From a virus: a stretch of 64,000 bases of DNA. Numbering within the stretch: the first letter of the stretch is position 1; every line of letters starts with the position of its first letter. The stretch lies in the IMG/VR virus record IMGVR_UViG_3300037467_003078; one strand, 5' to 3'. The position numbers and the translations under genes were made by a program. The notes under the pieces were generated by a model. That model did not search any database. It worked only from the letters and a program-made list of their open reading frames with translations, and was not told the origin of the DNA. Positions 38,001 to 47,446 of this stretch are shown piece by piece.

Positions 38001-41000
38001 AATCACCAAAGACTTGAATCTCTGTCCAGTTGTTAGTACTTCCTGATGTTAATCCATCTCCACTTTTCCAACCGTTAGCCCAATCTCGTACATATCTTAC
38101 TGGTTTTGCACCAAATGTAAAAGTTTTAGCGTAATGCGTATGGTTATGAGGAGCATGGTAAGAAATTTTTTCACTATATGTTCCTGATACTGCACTATCA
38201 TAAATAGTAGTCCAAGTAACTCCATCTTCTGAAACCTCAGTTTTAGTTCCTTGGTATACTCTATCAAGACCATAACTATGAGCAACTTGTATCATACCTA
38301 CCATATAAACTTTTCCAAGGTCTACTTTAACCCATTGATTTCCTGATGGGAATGTAAGAGTTCCAGTAGAAGAAGGTAAAGGATTAGCAGTGTTGTCACC
38401 ATGAACAGACATTACTTCTCCACCGTCTACTATCTTAGATAGTGCCCCTCCCGAAGTTGGTGCTACTGACGATGTTACAGTCATTCCTAATGCTCTATTC
38501 GTTATAGTAGAATACTCTAAGCCTGTGTATGTTTGGTTTATACCATCTGCTGTTGGTGTGAATGTAGTAGCAGTTAATTGATTGTCATAAACAACGAACT
38601 TAGGAACAAATTCATCTATTTCCATAGTAACATTGAAGTTAGGAGAAGAACCGTTCTCGATAGCTACAAGTGCTGAACCGTTATGTGGTTTGAAATATAT
38701 GTCATTCTTACAAGTATAATCTGCCTCAATCCAGTTCCCACTAACAAGAGTATTTGCAGAGAACTCAATTCTTGCATTTTGTCCGTAATAAATAGTGTAC
38801 TTAGATGGGTTTGCAGGAGTTAAAATTGTACTTCCTGACACTACATTACCAATGTTGATGTTGCTTGGCACAGGACTGTTTAACCATTCATTTCTAGGAT
38901 AAAATATATTTCCAGTTCCAGTTCCTTGTATTAACTTTTCTGCCTTAACATTAAGTTTATTATCACCATTTGAGTAGTTTGATACATTGTAAATGTCTTG
39001 CTCAATTTGTGCATATTGATAGTCTTTTCCGAAAGTAGTAAGCTTTGCATATCCACCCTCATTCAAGAATGGTTCGTTGATACGAAACTCTACAGTAGAC
39101 CTTGACTTAACATTTCCACTAGCGTCATACACCCAATCGCTTCTATCAGGAGTCCACCATTCTGCACCTTGGTATACTACCCCACCTTCTAGACCTAAGA
39201 AAGCGTCACCAATGTATTCTCCTTTAGGATAAACCATTGACAGGTCTCCTGAACCACCAAAGTTAGCAACATACATATATTGGTTGTCAGGTGTGAAAGC
39301 GAAACCTTTTGGATTAGCACCAGTATTAATGTACTGAGTTACTGTTTCTGTAGTAGGATTAATTACAGCCACTTGGTTTTGACCTGATAGTGAAACGAAT
39401 AACTTTCCATTAGCAACATCAGTAAATGATGGTTTAGAACCTACAGATATTGTTCTAACAGGAATAGCGTTAACATCTCTCATTGGTTGGAATACATTCC
39501 ACTTCTCGAATACTCCACCTTCAACGAAGTTACCGTAGTAAGCCTTATCAAGTGCTATCTCGTCAAGAATCTTTTGCTCGTCAATAATAGCAATATCACC
39601 AGTGCCTTCTAATGTTACGAAGATTTTACCGTTTATTATTTCGATGAAATCAGGTGAGTCACCAACTGGTATTCTATATCTTACATGGTATGTTCCCGGA
39701 CCTCCACCACTTGCTATACCCATTTCTTTAAGGTGCTCAGGGCTAGGACCGAATCCCATATCCATTCCCGGCATAGTTCCACCACTGCTCATATCCATGT
39801 GCATATCCATTCCATATGAAAATGAACCATTAGGTGATGTACCTATTAATGCGTTATATGGTGCGTTACCTAGTTTATCTACTACAACTAATTCTCCATT
39901 TTTATTGTCAACTACATATAAATGGTTAGGGTCTGAACTTAATGCAATACCATGTGGTTGATATGTTTTTAATGAACCATCTGATGTACCGTATCCACCA
40001 TGACTATGTGACATACCCGGCATATCTACCATTCCTGCCATTCCTGCGTCATTATATTGGTAGCTAGCGTCACCACCAGTTACTTCGTTCAATCCAAAGT
40101 TAGCAGGTAGTCCTCCATGATAGTTATCAGTTCCGTATGCAGAGATTGGTAGTCTACCTTTGACTTTCCAAGTAGAAGAATCATGTGCACTAGCGTCAAT
40201 AACTACAATGTCACCATCATCAGCCATAGTTACATAGATTTGCATGTTGTCATCAACGACTAAATCATAAGGACCGTTTCCTAGTGGGATAAAGTGATGA
40301 ACATATAAATCTGCGTTAACTGATGTTGGAGGTGAATCAATTACATTTAAAGTATCAGGTACATTCATATCATCAGGGTCTCTGTTAAGGACTAAGAAGT
40401 GTTTCATATCCATTAACTTCATTCCTACCCACTTAATAACATTAGGACCTTTTCCTACACTTAATGTATTTGTGGTTAATAAGTCAGTAGCTAAGTCAAT
40501 CTGTGCTACAGTATCATCACCTTGAACGGTTACATATGCGTAATTTCCTGATGGGTGTATAGAGACATCAGCAGGTTTTGAAGAAGGAATGTCAATTACT
40601 TGAACTTTTTGCCCTGTCGTAACATTGATTTTCCAAACTTGGTTTCCACCGACTACTGCTCTTGTATTACCTAATAATACCTCACCATAAGGATTATCTC
40701 TCTTAGAACCAAATGCAGACGAGGCTGTTAAGAATAATCCGTTACCAACTAGGTTATCCGATTGTACTACCCCTACATCTAAACCGTCTACTCTTAAATA
40801 TCCTCCACCGATTAATGTTTGACCTGTAGTTGGATTGTAAACAGAAACGATGTTAGCGTCTAAGCCTACAGTAGAAATATGTTCTGCTCTAATACTACCA
40901 ACTCGAATAGAATCAGCAGTAATTGAACCTGCTTGAATTTTATCTGATGTAATAGATTGTGCAGAAAGTTCTGTAGTAGTAATAGCACCTGCCTTGATAT

Positions 41001-43629
41001 GTAGCGAATCAATGGAGTTAGCTACGATGTGATTACCTGATATTGTATTACCTTTGATATTCTGACCTTCGATAGTGCTACCACTAATTTGAGTACCAGT
41101 TATTTTGCCAACTGTAATTGTATCAGCGTTTACACTTGCTATTTTAGCATATTGGATAGTAGCGTCTTGAATCAATGCGTTAGTGATATTACCACTTGCT
41201 ATATTAGCAGTTTTGATTTCAGCGTTACCAATCTTGGCATTTGTAATTGCACCGTCAGCAATATTAGCTGTTTGAATAACTGCATTTGCTAGAATACCTG
41301 ATTGAGCAGTAATTGTACCTGCTTGAATTGCAGAGGCAGTAATACTTCCAGTAGTAATAGTTTGACCATCAATTACAGTGTTACCTTGTGTATAATATTT
41401 AGAAGGAACAACTTCTTTTACTAGAGATGGTTTTGTCCATTTTACTATTGCCATTGCTCCACTAGTACCTTCTGTCATTTCTGCTAAGAAAGGATACCAG
41501 TTTCCTTGTGTAAGAGAAATAGTCCCTGTTTGCTCTACCCCACCTGAATAAGAAAGTTGATTTACAACAACAGTGTTATTGACAACTACTTTTCCTAAAT
41601 CATCAGCAGTTAAATGGAATGAGTAAGTCCCTGTCTCAGGTGCATAGATGAATCCTTGCCATCTTACTGAGAAACTATCATTCTGACCTACAATAGCAGG
41701 AGAACCTGTTCCCCATGAGAAGTTAATAGTAGGGTCTATTTGACTACCCTTGTAAACTTGGAATTTACTATTTCCACTTGCAGAGTTATATGTAAAGTAT
41801 TGTCCTAGCAATCCTTCTTTTCTACTTCCCACCGTCAAATGGTCTGTGTCTACACTTCCTGCTTGAATGTGATTACCTGAAATCTCATTAGCTTTAATCA
41901 TTCCACCAGTGATTGTATTTGCACTAATATGTTGAGTCTGAATAGAGTTAGCAGAAATGTGTCCTGATTGAATAGAATTTGCACTAATATGACTAGATTG
42001 AATTGAGTTAGCGATAATATGACCTGCATTAATAGAGTTAGCTGAGATATGACTTGACTGAATTGAGTTAGCCGAGATATGCTGAGACTGAACGCTATTA
42101 GCAGAGATGTGACTAGAAGTAATAGAGTTAGCAGAAATTTGTGTAGCAGTAATACTTCCTGCCTTAACATGCTTAGTATCAATACTATTTGCAGTAATGT
42201 GGTTTCCACTAATTGTGTCAGCTTGAATATGCTTACCTTGGATAGTGTTAGCAGTGATATGATTACCACTAATCGTATCAGCTTTAATTTGACTACCAAC
42301 AATCGTATTAGCTGAAATGTGTTGCGTTTGGATTGCATTCGCTGTTATATGACTTGCTTGAATTGAATTAGCAGAAATGTGATTTGATTGAATCGCATTT
42401 GAAACGATATGACCTGCATTAATAGAGCCTGCACTAATATGAGCAGATTGAACACTATTTGCAGATATATGTTGTGCTTGAATCGCATTTGCAGTAATAT
42501 GACTTGCAGTAATATTATTAGCAACAATATGGTATCCAAAGATTGAATCTGAACTAATCTTACTAGCAGTTATTGAGTTAGCAGAGATGTGATTAGTTTG
42601 AATACTGTTTGCACTGATATGTTGAGATTGTATTGCATTAGCACTGATATGTGTAGATGTAATACTTCCTGCTGAAATGTGTTGTGCTTGAACAGCGTTA
42701 GCAGAGATTAGTGTAGCATTAATTACCCCTGCTTTAATATGGCTAGCGTCAATACTGTTTGCTGAAATATGTTGTGATTGAATTGCATTTGCACTAATAT
42801 GACCTGAATTAATAGTTCCTGCATTAATATGGTTTGAATTGATAGCATTAGAACTAATGTGAACTGATTGGATTGCGTTCGCAGAAATCTCACTAGAAGT
42901 TATGGAGTTAGCAGAAATATGGCTAGCATTGATAGCGTCAACTTTAATCTGACTAGCAGTAATAGTGTTTGCCGAGATATGTTGAGTTTGGATAGCGTTA
43001 GCACTTATTTGTCCTGCTTGAATAGCGTTTGCTGAAATATGTTGAGTTTGAATAGCGTTTGCTGTGATATGCGTTGCGTTAATGGAGTTAGCACTAATTT
43101 GCGTTGCACCTATTGCTCCTGCTTGAATATTCTGTGCTTGAATCGCACCTGCTTGTATCTTGTCAGTCGTGATACTATTAGCAGACAACTGAACAGTAGT
43201 AATAGCGTTAGCAGTAATGTGGTTTGCATTAATAGAGTTTGCTGAAATGTGGTTTGCTTGAATAGATTCAGCAGTAATGTGTCTAGCCTCTATCGTATTT
43301 GTTCTGATGTGGTCTGAGTTGACTACACCACTAGCTATGTCACTTGTAGAAATAATAGTAACATTATCATTGATGTCTCGCAGTCCTGTAGACATGCTAG
43401 TTCCACCTTTTGCTAATGGCTGACCATTTCTCCATTCAACAGTAGCCCAATCACCTAATTTAGGTATATATGAATTATCACAGTTAACAGCCTCTAGAAT
43501 GTACCCTGTTCCACCCATATCTAGATTAACTATTTTGTCACTAATTACACTTACTACTTCACCGTAATCAGCGTAGGTGTCATTTGTGTTTGTTGAATAT
43601 TTTAAGTATCTGTTGTTAAACTTACTCAT
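35077..43629 (-). CDS. Giant tail spike/central fibre (2850 aa): OB-like N-terminus, 10-aa beta-helix repeats, PA14, YVTN-like beta-propeller, F5/8 (discoidin)-like domain, fibre C-terminus
   Basis: Repeats ISAN(S/A)IxxxH; PA14 GLLGQYF...FSVRWQGFIYAPETGTYSF; propeller blades (VGKGP, VGDSP, VGSKP, TGANPKG); QWVKVDLGKVY...EVSEDGVTW. Confidence 0.85.
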   Translation of the reverse strand: MSKFNNRYLKYSTNTNDTYADYGEVVSVISDKIVNLDMGGTGYILEAVNCDNSYIPKLGDWATVEWRNGQPLAKGGTSMSTGLRDINDNVTIISTSDIASGVVNSDHIRTNTIEARHITAESIQANHISANSINANHITANAITTVQLSANSITTDKIQAGAIQAQNIQAGAIGATQISANSINATHITANAIQTQHISANAIQAGQISANAIQTQHISANTITASQIKVDAINASHISANSITSSEISANAIQSVHISSNAINSNHINAGTINSGHISANAIQSQHISANSIDASHIKAGVINATLISANAVQAQHISAGSITSTHISANAIQSQHISANSIQTNHISANSITASKISSDSIFGYHIVANNITASHITANAIQAQHISANSVQSAHISAGSINAGHIVSNAIQSNHISANSIQASHITANAIQTQHISANTIVGSQIKADTISGNHITANTIQGKHIQADTISGNHITANSIDTKHVKAGSITATQISANSITSSHISANSVQSQHISANSIQSSHISANSINAGHIIANSIQSSHISANSIQSGHISANSIQTQHISANTITGGMIKANEISGNHIQAGSVDTDHLTVGSRKEGLLGQYFTYNSASGNSKFQVYKGSQIDPTINFSWGTGSPAIVGQNDSFSVRWQGFIYAPETGTYSFHLTADDLGKVVVNNTVVVNQLSYSGGVEQTGTISLTQGNWYPFLAEMTEGTSGAMAIVKWTKPSLVKEVVPSKYYTQGNTVIDGQTITTGSITASAIQAGTITAQSGILANAVIQTANIADGAITNAKIGNAEIKTANIASGNITNALIQDATIQYAKIASVNADTITVGKITGTQISGSTIEGQNIKGNTISGNHIVANSIDSLHIKAGAITTTELSAQSITSDKIQAGSITADSIRVGSIRAEHISTVGLDANIVSVYNPTTGQTLIGGGYLRVDGLDVGVVQSDNLVGNGLFLTASSAFGSKRDNPYGEVLLGNTRAVVGGNQVWKINVTTGQKVQVIDIPSSKPADVSIHPSGNYAYVTVQGDDTVAQIDLATDLLTTNTLSVGKGPNVIKWVGMKLMDMKHFLVLNRDPDDMNVPDTLNVIDSPPTSVNADLYVHHFIPLGNGPYDLVVDDNMQIYVTMADDGDIVVIDASAHDSSTWKVKGRLPISAYGTDNYHGGLPANFGLNEVTGGDASYQYNDAGMAGMVDMPGMSHSHGGYGTSDGSLKTYQPHGIALSSDPNHLYVVDNKNGELVVVDKLGNAPYNALIGTSPNGSFSYGMDMHMDMSSGGTMPGMDMGFGPSPEHLKEMGIASGGGPGTYHVRYRIPVGDSPDFIEIINGKIFVTLEGTGDIAIIDEQKILDEIALDKAYYGNFVEGGVFEKWNVFQPMRDVNAIPVRTISVGSKPSFTDVANGKLFVSLSGQNQVAVINPTTETVTQYINTGANPKGFAFTPDNQYMYVANFGGSGDLSMVYPKGEYIGDAFLGLEGGVVYQGAEWWTPDRSDWVYDASGNVKSRSTVEFRINEPFLNEGGYAKLTTFGKDYQYAQIEQDIYNVSNYSNGDNKLNVKAEKLIQGTGTGNIFYPRNEWLNSPVPSNINIGNVVSGSTILTPANPSKYTIYYGQNARIEFSANTLVSGNWIEADYTCKNDIYFKPHNGSALVAIENGSSPNFNVTMEIDEFVPKFVVYDNQLTATTFTPTADGINQTYTGLEYSTITNRALGMTVTSSVAPTSGGALSKIVDGGEVMSVHGDNTANPLPSSTGTLTFPSGNQWVKVDLGKVYMVGMIQVAHSYGLDRVYQGTKTEVSEDGVTWTTIYDSAVSGTYSEKISYHAPHNHTHYAKTFTFGAKPVRYVRDWANGWKSGDGLTSGSTNNWTEIQVFGDWELEKGYTYPANSELAGQQIATNGKGFVSTDISKAYIAVDIPIEYTTWWYMSYIVGPDFGRIKIDMPTAMGGSHFLELESPFVNKVAHRHIMPFTPSQNIKANDAMNIKAGKHRAVIMQDSGRVTVDRLRFEDYQYLTRSSLLIPSQSTSTIFRRNKLVAEQAKWYQGMGVQSTEGAFDKPRVNPDTGIPDKSVPIKYRMRFRTELNANGTIEERGTAYFTSAIFETGKLSTHWRRSESVDSYPAHKIEKWDGNQPHKTGIQHDHLANGAVRGTKIMPNTIMDWHISNYARIQEHKLELNHPTHAHGKYQVLAGQGPMGTDLYLWKDNSDLLNSMDGWAGTSGNYGTGNTVSRGDHKHDDLYLSLATGGVMKGHIDFGPNNALGLKFGSVANGAVGYIRQSATQGQLDLGSDDLINFYESDSNTLAVSISTNGKTLDAKGGLLENGVALSSKYAPIAHVGSGGSAHAVAVSGGANGFIDGANYGKLLRIQDNAINQTTADGRYIQLNGSTGILSVGGGGGALSLKATSTDHIYMAIYARSGNSTRSGWFGYGTNGNNTMQITNETSGNINISTVGGGLVQVNGSTIWTSANFDPSTKSDTTHVHAVAISGGANGFMSGSDKAKLDGVATNANNYSHPTGDGNLHVPATSTTNSKKVLTAGATAGSLSWANVDYADVINKPTTFTPSAHTHTASNITDLYSNIYTKTEVDTAVSNAGDIKAGQANIFTNTNTFNKAGLGIKIQPSSSVANSTKLFQINNATSSEVFSVNYSGGVVIAGDFTVTGQQIISGTTNVNGDYTISGQLIVGGNSTLGDASTDVTTVNGTLKVQNGSIQEIGKYNEVHRRPIYGIGGDLQFQTDSTVFDDITDYYDLSSYALPTVQAGATRYYRLYVVYSDDITSAQQTGGQKATIRIAGATNKDLDLPITFGLVNGRRDWFSAYFTDLPTGNGKIQAKLALANNNLGIRWIELVAYDKF
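41835..43340 (-). repeat. ~50 tandem 30-nt (10-aa) coding repeats, consensus I-S-A-N-(S/A)-I-x-(A/S)-x-H
   Basis: Visible in both the translation and the DNA (recurring gcagaaat / gcactaat / ttgaat). Confidence 0.9.
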
Positions 43630-43645
43630 TTGCTAACTCCTTTCT

Positions 43646-45289
43646 TTAATTTAAGTAATTTCCTTGAGCGTCCTTATATTTAGGATAGCTAACTACTACT
43701 GACATCTCTGCTGTTTTTGCTGTCTTTTTACCTTGGCTATTTACAGCACATATTCTATACTTAACAGTTACGCTATTTCCCGTAGCACCTAATTTTATGT
43801 ATTTATCAATAACTGATGAAACTGAATAGTCATAGAAATAGTCTATTTTTTTATCTAGTGCTCCTATGTATGAAGGTATAGAGGCTATAGTAGTCCACCT
43901 ATATGTTCCCGTTAGATTTTTACCTAATAAGTCTATCAGCGTTGCTCTCTCTATTATGTATCCTCCGAAGTTAGGAGGCAGTGCAACATTGTTAACATCT
44001 TTTGTTGGCGGTGTCCATTTTAACATAGGAAAATATTGTTCTTTCTCATATCCAAACCAACCTGAGCCTTTATAGTTTTGAATCGTTCTTTTTTGCATTA
44101 CATATGTAAGTCCTGTTGGTGGGTTTGTTAGAGCAAGTGGGTCTGACAGGAATTTATCATGACCTATTAATTCAAGACGAGTTCTTTTGTTGTCTTTCGT
44201 GTAATTATTTGATACACTAACTACCTTAAATATATCGTTTATTGAATTAGTCCCTAATCTAGGATTCGTGATAGTCACTATGTCTCCAACTTGAACAAGT
44301 GGGTGTAGTGGCAACTCAGCACTTTCAGTTGGATTTGCGTATCTTAAATCCCTCAATATGTTCTCTGCTAATTCGTGTGCTTGAGAAACATCAGTTATTA
44401 TGTCAGACATACTTCTCGTTACTTCCATATATCTTCTTCCATACTTGTTTATCGAGTCAATATCTTTGGCTGTTATAGGGTCATATCCCTGTACTTTTAC
44501 CACTATATGATTGCGAACATCAGCGTCACTTATAGACATGTCATCAGATATTAAATTTGATAAATCGAGTCTTAGATTAGGAGTTTTATCAGAAAAATCT
44601 CTATCTACTTTTCTCATTATTAAAGTTCCATCTTCTAAGAATCTAAGTTCTTGACTAGCTGAATCTGCGAGCAACTGGCAAGCGTCCCAAAGATTTGTAT
44701 CTTTTGCAGTGTACGCTCCATCAGGTCTTCCAATCATATACTGAGTTGGGTCTTGAACTTGCAAAATCACCATTTGATTGAATGGCATAAATTCGTTAAT
44801 CATGTCTTGTATTACATCTTCCACCAACATAAGTGAGTAACTAGGACCTTGATATATGTATATATCTTGCATTAGCTTAGATTTATCACGACAAGATAAT
44901 TGTATTGTTGGAGATGAACTTACGCTTATTTCGTCACCTATATACCCAACAAACTTTTTAATGTATTCAAAGCTACCATTAACAAGTAGTCCCTCGTACA
45001 GTTCTACTTTGTGATTAGAATCTAACAATGGGTCATACACTCCTGCGTCAAGATTAAATGAACTGATTCTGTTTAAAGGAGACAGTTGATAGTCATAGTT
45101 ATCTAGTTCTAAATTTAATCTACCGTTTCTACTCTCGAAATCTTGTTGAGTTGAATAAGACACAACCCTGTCAGATATGTCTAGTGGTTGTGCTCCTGTA
45201 TCATTTCTAGTGATTGTTACTTTTATATCAAATACCCTATTAGTACCTGAGTCAATTATGTTTTTATAAAAAGAACTAGCAGTAAGCAT
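43646..45289 (-). CDS. Baseplate hub / Tal-like protein
   Basis: Position after the distal-tail genes; FVGYIGDE..ISCRDKSK, LRFLEDGTL, SINKYGRRY and LPLHPLVQVGD resemble the gp27/gpD hub pattern. Confidence 0.7.
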   Translation of the reverse strand: MLTASSFYKNIIDSGTNRVFDIKVTITRNDTGAQPLDISDRVVSYSTQQDFESRNGRLNLELDNYDYQLSPLNRISSFNLDAGVYDPLLDSNHKVELYEGLLVNGSFEYIKKFVGYIGDEISVSSSPTIQLSCRDKSKLMQDIYIYQGPSYSLMLVEDVIQDMINEFMPFNQMVILQVQDPTQYMIGRPDGAYTAKDTNLWDACQLLADSASQELRFLEDGTLIMRKVDRDFSDKTPNLRLDLSNLISDDMSISDADVRNHIVVKVQGYDPITAKDIDSINKYGRRYMEVTRSMSDIITDVSQAHELAENILRDLRYANPTESAELPLHPLVQVGDIVTITNPRLGTNSINDIFKVVSVSNNYTKDNKRTRLELIGHDKFLSDPLALTNPPTGLTYVMQKRTIQNYKGSGWFGYEKEQYFPMLKWTPPTKDVNNVALPPNFGGYIIERATLIDLLGKNLTGTYRWTTIASIPSYIGALDKKIDYFYDYSVSSVIDKYIKLGATGNSVTVKYRICAVNSQGKKTAKTAEMSVVVSYPKYKDAQGNYLN

Positions 45290-45302
45290 TGTTCATCACC
45301 TC

Positions 45303-46385
45303 CTAAAATGGTATTCTACTCAATGTTTTCCACTTACTATCGAACATCTGATTTGTATACATTATGTCTGCATTGAAAGATATTTCGTACTTGGCTTCTT
45401 GCATGTTCTTATTTCTTGCAATATTTAATCCTTTTATAGCTAAAACAGAAGTCACTCCATTTTCATCTGTTATAGTAACTCTGCCATTTGAAACTATGCT
45501 TTTTATTATCTCAACATCTATCCTGCAAGTATTAGGAAACATCTCTATTATGGAAGTCCCTATTAGAACATAATATTGCTCACTGTAGTTACTGTAGGAT
45601 ATGTCGATTATATTATTCATGTTTGTTTCACATTGACAAATAATGTTAAAGTTTCCATCTAGGAACAATATGTTTTTATTATTTGTCATAATCCCAAGAT
45701 ACAAGTTTCCTTGTTTTTCAATTACTATTGAAGATTTATATTTTTTAATTGCACCTGATTTGTTTGTGGAAAAATCTTCAAATTCACAAGCAAATGAGTA
45801 TATTCCACTTGCTGTATTTAGTGTGTATACTCTGCCATACGGATTTACAGCATATATAATGCTATTGTAAGCCCAAGATAACGATACTAATGTGCTCATG
45901 TCTCCACTTGAAGCACTTGTATATATATATTTACGATTTCCTACCCCATTTTTGTCAGTTATAACTATAGATGTCTGACCTGATTCTTGATATAGAAAAG
46001 CAATTTCAGTATCAATGTGAATCATTGATATAGGAAATGTAGATGGTAGGGCAGTTATAGTTCCCTTAGTTATTGTAAAATTTCCGTAGTTTGCACCATC
46101 TTTTCCTTTTACATCAAAAGTACCATTGTTTTTCAACATGAATATTCTCTCTGTAATTCTTTCCTCAGTAATAGATACATAGCTACCTGTCAATATAGGT
46201 GTCCTACTAAGATATGTAGCTTTTTCGTAAATATCAATAGTGAAGTTTTGAGTACCGTTAAAAACTAAGTTTGGGTTAGATGAATTTCCATTGACATTTG
46301 TTATTATGTCTTGTTCTGCTCCCCAACTTTTTGAATTTGATTTTGGGTTATACTTTACTTCATAAGTACCTATTTTCCATCTCAT
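45303..46385 (-). CDS. Distal-tail (Dit)-like protein 2 with an inserted beta-propeller-like domain
   Basis: N-terminal RWKIGTYEVKYNP and the C-terminus are paralogous to the neighbouring gene. Confidence 0.55.
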   Translation of the reverse strand: MRWKIGTYEVKYNPKSNSKSWGAEQDIITNVNGNSSNPNLVFNGTQNFTIDIYEKATYLSRTPILTGSYVSITEERITERIFMLKNNGTFDVKGKDGANYGNFTITKGTITALPSTFPISMIHIDTEIAFLYQESGQTSIVITDKNGVGNRKYIYTSASSGDMSTLVSLSWAYNSIIYAVNPYGRVYTLNTASGIYSFACEFEDFSTNKSGAIKKYKSSIVIEKQGNLYLGIMTNNKNILFLDGNFNIICQCETNMNNIIDISYSNYSEQYYVLIGTSIIEMFPNTCRIDVEIIKSIVSNGRVTITDENGVTSVLAIKGLNIARNKNMQEAKYEISFNADIMYTNQMFDSKWKTLSRIPF

Positions 46386-47398
46386 TAATTAACACCCCTA
46401 CCTACTTTTTTAATGCTTAGATTAACTTGGTATTTTGTTAGACTATTATCTTCTCTCTCAAAGCCATAGTTTGTAACTGTAACCCTTCTAGATACACCCA
46501 TGTCATCTACTAAATTTAAATACCCATAATTCTGAATCTGATTTTCTAATTCATAAATATCTACAAGAAGTGTGTTTCCGTTTGAATATTTAACATTAGT
46601 TCCACCATTACATAAAAATACAAAGTTAGTTCCGTCATGAGTAACGTCTATTAACTCTGTGTAAGTTGTATTTGGTATTGAGAATCTACTAACTACCCTA
46701 CCATCATTTATATCCATATGATATGCACCTGACTGTTCTCCATCGTTAAATGACATTACCAAGTATCCTTTTATAATAGACATACCTTGATAGCCTAAAT
46801 TATTGTAAGATATAAATGGAAGACTTACTGATGATACGCTTGTCATGTTTGATTTACTAATTTTGTACAACTTCCTTAAATCTGTTACGATATAAATAAA
46901 GCTACTATCAACACATATTCCCTCAACAGTTCCCTGAACTTGAACTGGCATACTGTAGATAGTTTTTGTAGTATTAACTACTTTGTGAATCTTACTTGGA
47001 GATACACTTTCTTGAACTGCCCAAATAGTTCCATCTGACTCAACATCTAAAGCTATAAGGTTCTCTCCATTTGGAGTGTCGATTATGTTTGTTGTACTTA
47101 ACAAAGACATATTCTTATTGTATTTATTTACTTTCTTAGTTGTATTATCTAGCAAGTAGTAATTTCCATTAACAAACTTTAGTCCTTGCGATTTTGGAAA
47201 GGATAATTCTGCTACAATTCTAGGTCTACTCTGAAAAAACACAGATGTTATTTCATAACTTTCATCTAATTCAGTTGGTTGACTTATTACCGTTCCGTCT
47301 AATGTTTTAACAGTGTCTCCAACTACCTCTACGCTTTCTCCGTATCTATTTGGATTTACAGTAAATTGATAATTCCCTAGTTTCCATCTTTGAGACAT
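46385..47398 (-). CDS. Distal-tail (Dit)-like protein 1 with an inserted beta-propeller-like domain
   Basis: First gene after the TMP; RWKLGNYQFTVNP; propeller-like repeats (ALDVESDGTIW, GICVDSSFIYIV, DVTHDGTNFVF). Confidence 0.6.
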   Translation of the reverse strand: MSQRWKLGNYQFTVNPNRYGESVEVVGDTVKTLDGTVISQPTELDESYEITSVFFQSRPRIVAELSFPKSQGLKFVNGNYYLLDNTTKKVNKYNKNMSLLSTTNIIDTPNGENLIALDVESDGTIWAVQESVSPSKIHKVVNTTKTIYSMPVQVQGTVEGICVDSSFIYIVTDLRKLYKISKSNMTSVSSVSLPFISYNNLGYQGMSIIKGYLVMSFNDGEQSGAYHMDINDGRVVSRFSIPNTTYTELIDVTHDGTNFVFLCNGGTNVKYSNGNTLLVDIYELENQIQNYGYLNLVDDMGVSRRVTVTNYGFEREDNSLTKYQVNLSIKKVGRGVN

Positions 47399-47446
47399 TT
47401 TTTACACCCTTTCTTTTTATTTATACGTTAGGGAGAACCCCCTACC

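Noticed and set aside
41835-43340. CRISPR array suggested by 30-nt periodicity
   Set aside because: The repeats are degenerate coding repeats of a 10-aa unit within one ORF, with no unique spacers. The Cas4-like gene is a common stand-alone phage nuclease.
25305-43629. Diversity-generating retroelement or invertase shufflon acting on the fibre genes
   Set aside because: No reverse transcriptase, no template/variable repeat pair differing at adenines, and no recombinase or inverted crossover sites in the window.
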